Position numbers and translations under genes: made by a program
NCBI GenBank assembly: GCA_039621445.1
Contig: CP154954.1
Location: forward strand, 25,804,954-25,868,953
DNA from: Euglena gracilis
Lineage: Eukaryota
Length of the DNA: 64,000 nucleotides
Direction of reading: 5' to 3'
Part shown: piece after piece, positions 1-18,126 of the stretch
Position numbering within the stretch: the first letter of the stretch is position 1
Layout of the letters: each line of letters starts with the position of its first letter
The notes under the pieces: model-generated
The model's input: the letters and a program-made list of their open reading frames with translations, nothing else
What the model was told of the DNA's origin: nothing
Databases searched by the model: none

Positions 1-304
1 TCGGAAAACTTCGCACATTTTTTTGGAAAAGAAATGTTCAATTTTTTTTTGGAAAAAGAAATGTTCAAGCCCCTGAACGTTGGGGTAAACCCCACATATA
101 GACCACCACGGTATTATTTTCAGCAGTTTTTCAAAGAACCTCAGGGAGAGGGGGTTCCACATTTGGGGTGGGTTCAACATTAGACCATTAATTTCCCTTG
201 CTTTCGACCGTATGTGTGTGACGTGGATGTTTTCATTTGATCCAATTTGGAACCAGTGTAAAATATGTCAGGAACACCTTCTTTCCGAATTGTGTCAAAG
301 AAAC

Positions 305-307
<3 letters not shown>

Positions 308-338
<31 letters not shown>
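308..338. repeat. (TG)n microsatellite
   Basis: Directly visible. Confidence 0.95.
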
Positions 339-339
<1 letters not shown>

Positions 340-882
340 TAAATGGTCTCAACCTCAAAATCTGGTGCTGTTTTGGGTACCTTTCTGTAACTCCGATTTG
401 GAAAAGGACAATCGTTTGCAACCAGCAAACGATGCAATGCAATTTGTCTGAGCTGGGGTGTTATTTTGCGACCAAATATAGGACCCCCTTTGCATCGCTG
501 TCTCTGTTTCGGCTCCCGCCTCTGTTGGGATCCCTGTTGTTGGGGAGGAGTGCTTCATTAGGGGCTTGTGAAGGGAATGCAATGAAGGGAGCGTGCGAAT
601 GCAATGCTGGAGAATTGCTGGCAGCTGGCTGGAATCCCCAACTAGGCCCCTGTAGGTCCCTTGTGGACTTAGGCAGTGCGGCCGGGTCGGACTTACCCCG
701 GGTGCACCCAGCCCCGGGGGGCGGGGGATCCAGTGGGCCCAACCAATGGGGTTACCCAGGCGGTATTCACTCGGTGACCTCTGGGCCCCAACCCACCCCC
801 CGCTTTTTTCCAAGACCCACCACCAACCCACCCCCCTCCCTCCAGGGTCATCCTCCCCCCCACCCACCTCCACTCGCCGCAG

Positions 883-7180
<6,298 letters not shown>

Positions 7181-7366
7181 GTGTGGATGTGTGTGCTCGC
7201 GTGTGCGTGCGTACGTTTGTGCATGCCTTTCTCTGTGTGTGTTGTGGAGTGTATCCTACGAATTTTGTTTGTGTGTTTTGTGTGTGTGTTAGTTTTGTGT
7301 GTGGATATGCCTCATGTGTTGCATGTGTGTGTGCATTTGTCTGTCCTCTTTTGTTGTAACGTGTGT

Positions 7367-7399
<33 letters not shown>

Positions 7400-7633
7400 C
7401 GTGTGCGTGTGTGTTTGTGTGTTCATTAGCAGATCCCCTGAGTGACCTCACACCCCAAGGGGGATGGGTGGGTTTGTTTTTGAGAAGGAGCGCGTGCCCT
7501 CCCCCCCAGGGGTGGGGGTGACCACAGATCAGGCCAATATGGCCGACGGCCGCGTTAGCCATGAAAACGGTACAGTGCGTGGTCCCCGGCAGGAGAGGGT
7601 TGTGGGTGGGTGAGTTTTCGAAAAAAAATGGTA

Positions 7634-8041
7634 CCCCCCCCCCTATGTCCAACGACCCCCCTATGCCCAATGACCACCCCCCCGGTCAGAGGACACCTTT
7701 TCGGAGGTTTGACCAAATTTTTGGTCCCGGCGCAAAGCGCCGGGACGAAAAATTTTGCCCAAAAATTGGCCAAAAATTTGGCCAAAATGCCATTTTTGAC
7801 ACTTTTTGGACAAAAATTTGCCAAAATTGCCCAAAATTTTCGGCGCAAAGCGCCGGAAGGGAAAATTTGGGCATTTTTGGGTGGGTAGGGACCCGGGTAC
7901 CCACCAACTTTCTTTTGACCCCATGTCCAACGACCCCCCCCCCCGGTCAGAGGACACCTTTTTGGTCACTACCCTATGTCCAACGACCACCCCCCCCGGT
8001 CAGAGGACAGAGGTTACCGGTCATTGGACATAGGGGGGGGG
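7634..8041. mobile_element. MITE with TA TSD (Tc1/mariner-type signature)
   Basis: Ends read TA|CCCCCCCCCCTATGTCCAA ... TTGGACATAGGGGGGGGG|TA. Internal CCCGGTCAGAGGACA repeats are present. Confidence 0.75.
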
Positions 8042-9632
8042 TAGTGGGTTTTGGTTTGGGAAAGAGTGCCTCCTCCCCGGGTGGCTAAGTGAGTGAATGT
8101 AAGGTCTGGACCATTTGCAAGGATTTTAGCAAAAGGAAGGCGAGACATTTTTGAAACGTTCTGGATGTTGAATACTCTCTGGCCCATCTTTGGACAAGGA
8201 GATTCTTCCCATCCCTGGCCCCCCGCAAGCCTCAAGCAGAATTTTATCAGCCTTAGGCGGCGCGAATTGCCCAAATTTTATGCCATTTTTTAGGCGGTCC
8301 AGGTGTGCGGGTTTCCGTGTACGCCACCCACCCGAAACTAAACTGATATTTCTGATAGTTAATGCAACCCAGAAATTGTACGCGGGTTTCCGCCTGTTTC
8401 CACTGTTTTGACACGTGACCGATTTTGGAAATTAATGGTGAAAAAGGGGTGGTTTTGTGAAATACCCCCCAGAAACCTGGCCGAAAATGTGAAAACGGAG
8501 AAGGGGTGGGAGAACACCTGGCCGTCGAAGCCCCGGCCGTGTCACGACGGAGCCGGACCCCACCTCCGGGAGGGGGGTGACATTGCGGAACCTGCGACGG
8601 AGAGGCACCCGCGTAAGCAACCCGCGCACTTTCTGAGGACTGGTGAGTGCCAACGACCAGTGACGGGAGGTGGGAAACGAACACCCCTGCTGAATGTATT
8701 CCATAATTTTTGAAAGATGGTCTGTTGGGCGGGAAACCGCACAGAACAGATGAACCGTGTGTGAAGGGGCTAACACTACGAGAGGGGGCTGAATGACTAT
8801 GGCTGGATAAAAGTGAACTTGTGCGGTTATCCGTGTAAAAACGTGTGGGAAACTCATGGAGACGTTTGACTTGGAACTGGACGTGACATCCACTGGGGCA
8901 CCTAACCCAAGGCAGCCCTCCTCCCATGCCCCCTCCCCCTCACCGCCCGCCTGCCAGAGGGAGACTGCGATAGCACACGAAAGCGCAACGACAGAAAGAA
9001 GGGTGGGAGGGGGAGGGTGTGTGTGTGCGGATCACCGTCCTGGTCCTGGAGGGGTCCTTTGTCCCGGGGGGAAGAGAGCGAGACGAAGTCTCTGTGGGCG
9101 GTCCAGAGGGGACAAAGGGAGAGAGCACACGGAGGGGACGAACGGACAGCCGAATGGGTGGTCCAGGTCCAGGGCACACGAGATGTGGTCTCAGAGAGGG
9201 GTATGTGTCAGAGAGGGATTTACACACTCCGTACACAATCGCAAAAGGTCTGGTTGGGCGCATTGAATGGGAGACCAGAATGTGTGAGCCCTGGACCTCA
9301 CACGGCGGTTGGGGCGTCCGGTGGGTCCCAGGTGGAAAAAACAGTTTGATGGAGTGGTCCAGGGGTTGGGTTCCCGTCGAAAGGTGAAAGGCGTTTGGGC
9401 AGTCCCCGGGGCAGTGGGTGTGCGGTGAGGGTGTGTGACACACAAAAAACAAAAGCAGCGGGCGGTCCCAGGTTCAAAAGCCTCAGGCGGTCCACACAGG
9501 AGGGGGCAGAGAGAGCTGCTCCCGTCGGCCGCCCACGGCCGTCCACGGCCGTGCACACGTGGGGATGGCGGCTGCCTGCCGCCCCGCCGCGCCCGGCCCG
9601 CCCGCCCGGCCCGCCCAGCCCGCGCTGCTGGC

Positions 9633-12600
9633 TCACACGTTGAGCAGCTCCTCCAGCGCGCCGGCCGGCGTGGGCTTCTTCTTCGGCTGACCCTCCCCCC
9701 TTGGACTTGATGAATTGGAGGAGGGAGGGAGGGGTGTACGCGTGCACCGAATGAGTCAGCAAGCTGTGTGCGGTTTCCCGTGCAATTTGCAAGCAGAACA
9801 TCACTGACGGCGAGAGGGTCCTAGATCCGTCCAGAGTTTGTAAGGGCACAGGCAGTGTGCACGCAAAACCTCCTGAACCCAAAAAAAGAGTATTGGAGAT
9901 TATGTGCGGGTTTCCGTGCAGCGCAGAAGAAGACGCACGTGTGCGGTTTCCCGCGTGCCAAGCTGTGGCTGCAAAACTTAGGGGCTGAAGGAGCACATTG
10001 ATAGGACACACGCTGAAGGGGGGACCGTGTTGGGGGCGGTCGCGGGACGATCTCCTCAATCTCGTCCTCCGGTTCACCGGCGGCGGACTCGGCGGGCGGC
10101 GGGGTGCGGGCCGTGCGCTTGCGGCCCGTCACCGGGGTCTCTGGCCCCGGCGGCTCCTGCGCCGCTGCTGGCGGTTCGGCCGCGACCTTCCGCCGCCCGG
10201 AGGGGGGGGAGGCCCCCTTGCGGCCCGCGTCCTCCGGTCTCCTCCTCCGTTCCTACGTCTTCTGCTTGGCCGGCATCACCGGGGCCTCAGGCTCCTTCGC
10301 GGCAGGGGCCCTCTCCTTCCCCTTCTCCTTCCCCTTGGCGGCCGGTGGGGCCTTCTCCTTCTCCTTCTCCTTCCCCTTGGCGGGGGTCTCCTTCTTGCCC
10401 CGCCCCTTGGCTGGCGGCGGGGGCGAGGGCTCCCGGCCCTTCTTCTCCGGCTCTTTCTTCTTTGGCCGGGGGGGCATGTCCTCCTCTTCCTTCTCCCCCT
10501 TCTCCTCCTCCTCCTCCAGCCCGCCCCGGCCGGAGACGTCCAGGGGCTCGTGGTGGGTGATGCGGTGGTGGACGTTGATGGCCACAGGGACCACCACCCA
10601 GGTGGGGCGGGCTGGAAAACGAAGAAACCAGTCACAGCAACAGCCAAGCACACCGCTCCACGGGAATCCGCACGCGTGCACTGTGCACGGGAAACCGCGT
10701 GCACGCTGTGCGTCACGTTCCGATGCTGTACTGACGGCTCATGCACGCAGAGTCGATACGAGCAAACATTCCCCCCCCCCCCCTTCGTCTGACCCGCACT
10801 GGGGTGGCGCTCTGATCCCACAGGATGGCCGGCTTCCCGTCGGCCACTTTGATCTCGCGCTGCAGCTGGTCCACCCGCAGCTGCATCGCCTCGTCCGCCT
10901 CCTCGAGGAGGTCGGGGTCCCCCCAGATGACGCCGATGGGGACCTGCAGCCGGGTGGCGAGGTCCGCCGGGAGGGCGGCGTGGCGGGTGACCGCCAGCAC
11001 CCAGTCGTGGGCCTCCACGTGCAGCCGCGCCAGCAGCCACCACGCCACCTCCACCGGCAGGGTGGGCGGCCCCTCCCCCGCAGAGCTGTGTCTCAGCTTC
11101 AGGCGGGAGGGATGAGGAGTGCGAGTCGAAAAGGGAATTGGCCAAAGGAATTCACCCTGTGGAACTAAACGTCGTTCTTTCACCAGGAGAAATGGAATAA
11201 TCACGAGAAGTGCACGGAAAAGCGTCTAACCTGGACCTGGAATCATTTTGATGAACAGAACTGTACCAATACCTGTGAACTGACCAATGGTGTCATTGTG
11301 ATGTTGCTTTTTTTGTTTGTTCAGTGTAGACAAAGCCCTGACCCTGTCCCACGAGGGTGATCTGCCGCGGCACCTGTGGGGGCAGATGAAGGTGTGCCAA
11401 CACCTCACGGCAGTGGAACATTGATTTTCTGAGTCACAGCATAGATCTTAAGAAACGTTCGTGTGCACTGACATTATCCCCTGTGTGCACGGGTGTGTAC
11501 CTGTCCTGTGCGAATACCCTTACATTCCACATATTTGGGCGGATTACCGTGCCCCCCCCAAAAAAAGAGAACAGTCTATTGGTTGCTTAAAATAAAAACC
11601 GAAACGAAGGGTGTGCACACCCGAAAGTCCGTCTTGCTGCTGAAGAGGGCGGTGACGGTGGTGACGTTGAAGAGGTAGGTGCGGTCCACGTTGGACTTCA
11701 CCGGCCGGTGCAGGGTGACGTCCACACGACGCATCTCGTCGGGGACGTCCATGCCCTTCTGCAGGGTCTGCTGCAGGGCCCCGATGGCGAACGCCCGCCC
11801 CGTGGCCACGAACGGCACCCCGCGGCTCCACAGTCTCAGGAGCTCAGGGTGGACATCGGCGTCGCTCAGCCCGTCCGGGACCTCCACCACCACCGCGTCG
11901 ACGTTCAGCTCCATGATCTCCCGCGGCATCCCCGCGGTGGGGTGGAGGGGGACCACGTGCGCCAGGCGGGACGGCTCGGGACTCTCCCCACGCTCCGCCG
12001 CCTCCGCCCTTCTTCGCCCCCGGGTGGACCGGCTGCCCGCCCGCGGAGAGCCAGCCTCAAACAGCTCCCCCTCCCCAGACGTGGGCTGACTGGGGGACCC
12101 CTCCGCCTCCTCCCGGCTGCTGCCGGCCGCCGCTGTGGCCGCCCCGCGCCGACCGCCACCACCGCTGAGGTCCAGGGTGCAGAATCGGCCCCCGTACCGC
12201 ACCGTGGGCTCAGCGAGCGGCTGGGCCAGCCGCGCCCGCAGGGGGGCGTAGCGCTCAGTCCCCCACAGGGGGGAGCGGAGGACCGCCTCCCGCGGTGGCC
12301 GGCCTCAGGACCCCCCCGACCCTCAGACATCACAGGGAGAATCCTGAGCCAGGACATACAAAAATGAAACAGCTGCACTCCATGACATTCTGATGTGACT
12401 TGTGATGTTTCACGCGGGTTCCCGTGTACAAAAAAAAATCATGTGCAACTAACCAAAGATACAGGGAAAAAGTGCACACACGCGTCCTGGATAGTCCTGC
12501 GCACGGGTGCTGGGCCGACCAGCGCCAGTTGGTACCGGTGAGCGGCACCTTGATGTCCGCGCTGTCCATGCTCTGCTCCAGGCTGGGCACCATGGCCAGG

Positions 12601-14620
12601 GTACCTGAGCACGAGAACGGTGACATCAGCAAAGAATCCCCTCACTACACACGCTTCCATGTACAAGCGTCTTTCCACGGAAACCCGCATGAGAATGACA
12701 AAATGGAGATCTGCACGGAAATCCGCCTGAGAACCACAACCTTCAGCATAAACCGTGTGGTCACACAGTGCGGAAGACAGCGCAGAGTAGACATACGGCG
12801 GGTCGGGTGAACGTGGTGAAGGTCCGGGTGCATCAGCAGCCACGTCCACGTGCGGCGGCGGATCAGCGTCCCCACCACCGCCTTGACGGCGGAGTGCCAT
12901 TCCTCCCCCGTCACATTGCACCCCAGCGCGCATGGTGTGGTGTGCGGTTTACCGCGTACTGTCTCTGTATCAACTCGAACAGTAAAACTGGTTGAACTGT
13001 CCCCCGTATGGTCACAGTTTTCTTGTGTGCGTGCGCCTGTGTCTGGCTGTCTGTGTGAAAGTGCGGGCAGAGTCCCAACGGAGACAGACAGTGAAATGGA
13101 CATCCGAACCAGCCGCACCGTCGTCGCCTTCGCCGCCTCGTCCAGCATCTCCCTCGTCAGGGCGACGTAGTCCTGCGGGTCGTACAGCTGCTCGATCGCC
13201 TTGAACGCGTACGGGGACAGCGCCGCCGCCACCCCCGTCGTGGGACCAGCGCCCGCACCGCCTCCACCACCGGCCGCCCGCTGTGCAGCAGCCACTCCGC
13301 CAGCGGCTGCATGGACTTCACCCAGTTGTCCTGCACAGATGAGGTCAGGGAGAGTTGGGGGGGGGGGGAGTGATGTGTACGTGATAGCTGGAATATCAAA
13401 GGACAGGGTGCGCGCACTCACTCTCCCTCTGACAAGCAAAAAAAAAAGAAAGGAAGCCATCCGTGTCAGCGGGAATCCGTGCATTGCATCAAACGGATAA
13501 CAGCGCACACGGAAATCCGTGCACACACCATCTTGCCGTGGGACGCCTCCGTGCACCCCGTCTTCACGTACACCCGCTTCAGCAGCTCCGTCCGGTTCAC
13601 CGTCAGGCGGGCGGCGGTCCCCGCCTCGCCGTCCGGCACCGCCCCCGGCCGCTCCCGCTCCACCTCCCGCTCCAGCCACTCCACCCGCTGGCTGAGGGAC
13701 ATCTCCCTCACCGTCCCGTCCCGGGCTTGCATGCTCCCCGCCACGCGCTGCCTCTCCTCGAGGCTGGCCGACCCCAGCACCGTGTGGCAGTTGAACCACT
13801 CGGTCCACTGCGGCGCCGGCCGCGCGTCGGCCACCGCCGCGTCCGCCACCTGGGTGGCCGCCAGGAAGCGGTGCTGCCCGCTCAGGATGACGAACTTCCC
13901 CGTCGCTGTGAAAACAGGGAGGACGACAGTGCCACTGAGTTTTGTTCCGGTGCACGGATTCCCGCCTGGATCACCACCCCAACTCCAAAAAAAAAAACAA
14001 GAACAAACGGTGTATGTTACATTATTCCGTCACGTGGGAAGCATCCGCCGCCATTTACAACATCCATGGATACAGACAGGCTGGCCAACTATGCTCGCAG
14101 AAACAAAACACACCCTGCTCCGGCCACACCACGAAGCTCAGGGCCCCCACCGGCGGGTTCTCCGTGAACGCCTTGACGAGGCTGTCCACGTGGGCCTTTT
14201 CGACCCGCCGCACCTGCCCTCGCGTGAGGGTCTCGTCCAGCACCAACACGTCAAAGCGCGGAGGCTGTCTGGCTCTCCAGGGTTTCAACTGGTCTGTCTG
14301 CTGCACGCGCACGCAGAACACAAATCTGAGCAGTTTGCACGGAAACCCGCACAGCTGTAGAAACCAAAGGGCGTCAATGACACTGAAACAAACTGGGTGA
14401 GTGTCATCCAACAAACGGAGTGACTTCTCCTGTACTTTCGAAAACATCCCAGGAATGAGGAACCGTCAAACACCCTCAGACGATTGTACGGCCAAAAAAA
14501 AAGTACAGAACCACACCAGCCAGCTCCAGACCCCCTCCGGACACGGGCCAGCGGGGTCGGGGTCTTCGACACCAGCTCCGTCGCCGAGCGAGTGGGCGCC
14601 GTGGGCTTCCGGGCTGCCAT
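9633..14620 (-). CDS. Accessory transposon gene of about 11 exons: N-terminal ParB/Srx-like domain, possible degenerate MTase-like region, charged low-complexity tail. At least one apparent frameshift (about 13240)
   Basis: GC3-rich exons are separated by GT-AG introns. GQVRRVEKAHVDSLVKAFTENP (about 14150-14225) is followed by GKFVILSGQHRFLAATQV (about 13850-13902), the GxHR signature of ParB N-terminal/sulfiredoxin folds. The last exon reads PKKKPTPAGALEELLNV* (TGA at 9633-35). Confidence 0.65.
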
Positions 14621-14857
14621 CAGAGGTCTAAAAAAACGAGGCAGCGTGAAAACAGCCGAAATGAAGGAAATTCAGGTCAGAAACAGTCCCCACACGAACA
14701 CTTTTGTGAAAATAAATAAGCACAAAATCTGGGACATTCAGTTCTATCAAAAAAATAATTGTCATTAAAGGAAACACAGCAGTGACCACCCCGCAGAGCA
14801 CCCCCCTTCTGGCTGGGTGGAGAATGCTTTTGCACGGAAACCCGCCCGCCACCCCCT

Positions 14858-17800
14858 TTACATTCTGAAACAAACCCTCACCCTCGCTCTGAAGGCCTCC
14901 ATCTGACTCCCTGATATACAGAAAGGTTCAGGAGCACGTAGAAAGACCGGGGTCCGGTAGGGACACACCGCCGCCGGGGAGAGACTGAGGTCCTCATCTG
15001 AGGAGGAGGACCCCGATGACGTCGGGCGGCTGCTCAGCAGCTCCCCCAGACTGCTGAGGCCGTCTGAGGCCGCCGGGGAGACGTATCCCTCGGACAGCGT
15101 GCCCGGGGGCTCGTACAGCGACTCCGCTGTACTGGGCGGCTCGTACAGGCTCTCCGCCTCGGGCAGCTCCAGCGCCGGCCATGCCGGTTGCACCGCAGGC
15201 GCCTGCACCACCGCCGCCTCGGCCGCGGAGGAACTGGGCTCCTCCGGGGTGAACCGCACCCGGCCCTCCACCGGGGACTCCTCAGCAGGCCTCATACCCG
15301 GCGGTGCAGGTGCTGCTGCAGGTGCTGCTGCACGGGTTTCCGCACGGGCCGCCGCCTCTGCGCGGGTTTCCGCCTGCCCGCTGGTCGCCGGTTCGACGTC
15401 CCCCGGAGGCGTAGGGCTGCGGCGCCGCCGCTGCCGCTGGTGGAGGAAGTTGTCCATCGCCCGCTGGCGACGGGCGAACTCCTGGGGGTCCACCGGCCTG
15501 ACGTTCTCCCGCATCCAGACCAGGATGTCGGGGGTCAGGGCCCGGCCGCTCACCAACGTCAGGAGGGAGGTCCGCATCAGGGCCTCCAGCGCCCGGACGT
15601 CCACGATCTCCGGCAGGATGGGCGGGGACCCCCACCGGGGGAACTCCACCTCAGAGGCGTCCACCCAGGCGATCCGCGTGGCGTCCACCCGGCGGGGGAA
15701 GGGGCGGCCCTCGGGGTGGTCCGCCAGCTGGCGCACCCGGTGGGTCATCTCGGCGACCAGTCCCAGCCGCAGGGAACCCCGGCTGGCGTGCGGCGCCCCC
15801 GACGGCGGCGGCAGGCCGAGGAACAGCTGCAGGGTGCCCCGGAAGTCCGTGACGTACGGCGACCGACGGCAGGCACCTGACAGGCGCGACAGCATCGCCT
15901 CGCCGGCCTCCTCAACGAAGACGCACCCGGGCAGGCGGGACATCCACGGCTGCCAGGTCAGCAGGGCCAGGGAGATGGTCCGCATGTACTCCGAGGGGAG
16001 GCCATGCGGACTCATGGCCCGCTCGAGGTGGGCCTGCAGGACCAGGCAGCGCTCCAGCACCTGCCGCGCCGTCTCCCCCTTCACCTCGTCGTCGGGGCGT
16101 CCGCGCCAGGTGCACTGCCGCACCTTGAAGCCGAGGTGGAGGAGGGCCGGCAGGAAGAAGGTCAGGAGGCGGTGCAGCCCCAGGAGCAGCTGCGGGCCGT
16201 ACGCGTCGGCCGCAGTGGGGGCGGAGACGTGCACGCGCTGGCTCTCCTCCCGGAGAAGAATCTCCAGGTGACGTCAGAGTGACAGATGAGCTTTGGAAGT
16301 GTCTTCACCCAAAGTTGGCCTGCGTGACCTATCACCAGGGTCCTTTACGCGGGTTTCCGCACAAAGCGGACAGACTGTGACGGACAGAAGGGAGAGATGT
16401 GACACCAAGTGACCCACGACATGACTGTGCGGATAACCGCACGAACATTGGTCCGATGTACCAGGTGCAGCCTGAAAGCAGCCAGCTCGGGCAGTGGTCA
16501 CCCTGGCTGGGGCAGCACGTCGGCCCGGGTCAACAGGAGGCTGGCGAACAGCTTCTCCATGTACAGCACCTTCCGGTGCGACCGCAGGGACGTCGTGAGC
16601 TGCCGGCTGCCCCCGGCGCCAACCGGCACCTCCAGGTGAGCCAGCACCGGGAAGAACGCCCGGTACACCACCGTCACCGTGTGCTTGTAGGCATGCCAGA
16701 TGCCGTACAGCAGGGGGACGTTGGCGAGGTGCTCCCCCATCCGGAAGCGCAGCGCCGGGGCCGAGTACAGGAGGCGGAGGATGCGGTAGTGGATGTTCTC
16801 ATCCACCAGGAGGGGCAGCTGACGGCCCGACCGCGCCTGCAGCTGCAGCACGGTCTCCAGGAGCTGGAGGAGGTCCCGGTTCGAGCTGACCGTCTGCTCG
16901 GTCAGGGAAAAGGGCCTCCACCGCAGCGACCGCATCGCGTCCCGCTGCATGTCCAGCGGGACGCGGACGTTGTCCACCGAGAGCTCCGCCCGGTGGAGGC
17001 CGCGCACCGCCTGGTGCAGCTTCTTCGCCGACTGCAGGCACAGGTCGGCCGCCCAGCGGAGGTGCTGCACCACCGTCCCGAACTCCGGGTGACCCGTGGA
17101 CACGGGGAACGTCACGGACCGCGTCAAAGTGCCCTGACGAGTTCGCAGGGGGTCAATCTGCAGCAGTCACCGCACAGAGGGCCTGCTCACTGAGCCAACC
17201 AGGCACATACATGTACGCATACACAACCCTGAAGTGTGCGGGTTTCCGTACAAACCAACACTGATTACACGGAAACCCGTACAAACGCGTCTGACAACCA
17301 CCTTTGTACTGAACCCTGTACACACCTTGGGGGATGTTCAGCTCTGTTCTCACCAGTGTCGTCGTTCACCTGTCCCTTGTCACCAACTGTGTCACCCCAA
17401 CTCGAGGTGTTCTTGAGCAGTTCATTCATTCAGTGCATTTTACAAGACAGAACATTCCCAGGCGGAAAACTGCGCAAGTCTTGTCATGCACGGATGGTCA
17501 TCAGGTCAGGCCCACTTCGCCAACAGCAGAAGACAGAGTAGGCACCCTGAACCCAGGGCGGTGACGTTGCGACTGTAGCTGGGCTGGGTGGGGTCTGTGC
17601 CCCACCGCAGCCAGCAGAAGTTGTCCAGCCACAGCACGCACTGGTGGCCGTCCAACGCCCGCAGCACTGCGTCCCGGGCCCTTAGCGCCGCTCCGCACCA
17701 GCTCCTCCGTGGGGCCCACCAGACCGGCGGGCCGCAGCAGTCGACGGGTAGCGCGGGGCAGGTCCTGCAGCGTCTGCTGCGCCGGGGCGGGGGCCAGGGC

Positions 17801-18126
17801 GGCCGCCGGCGTGACCAGCTCGCCAAAGGGCACAGCCAGCCGTCGCAGCGTCCTCCACAGCGCCAGCAGCCCGTCGGTGAAGCGGGCCATCCAATCGGCC
17901 GCTCGGACGGGGGCCGGGTGTACTCCCGCCGCACCTCCCGCAGGCTGCGACGGGACCGGCGGTTGGCCCTGACGGCCAGGCCTGTCTCCACCAGGTTGAG
18001 GGCTCCCAGGTGGCCTCTTCGGAGGGCGTCGTCCAGGATCGCCCAACCATCCGCCGGGGGGGCGCCGGCAAGGTACCCCCGCAGCTGGTCCAGCTGCAAC
18101 ACCAGCGTCTCAGACGAGGCGGCCAT
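14858..18126 (-). pseudogene. Putative DDE transposase (Transib/RAG1-like or DUF6589-like RNase H fold), 3 exons, frameshifted
   Basis: ATG at 18126 (MAASSETL). Motifs in order: CVLWLDNF (D about 17624), WRPFSLTEQ, LPLLVDENI (D about 16802), LYGIWHAYK, and LPGCVFVEEAGEAMLSRL (about 15900; recalled Transib motif LPIGxLSEEAxEAxNK). The coding frame switches within exon 1, and stops lie near the exon 2/3 borders. Confidence 0.6.

Noticed and set aside
8247-8256. TA TSD (Tc1/mariner) or TWA TSD (Harbinger) reading of the big element's ends
   Set aside because: The 1.9-kb relative has a clear 5-bp TSD outside CTTAGG, so CTTA belongs to the TIR. The big element's own TSD remains unresolved (TCAGC vs TCAAA).
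15099-17193. Long plus-strand ORFs (15099-16271, 16399-17193; similarly 9998-11168)
   Set aside because: They are antisense shadows of the GC3-rich minus-strand transposon genes.
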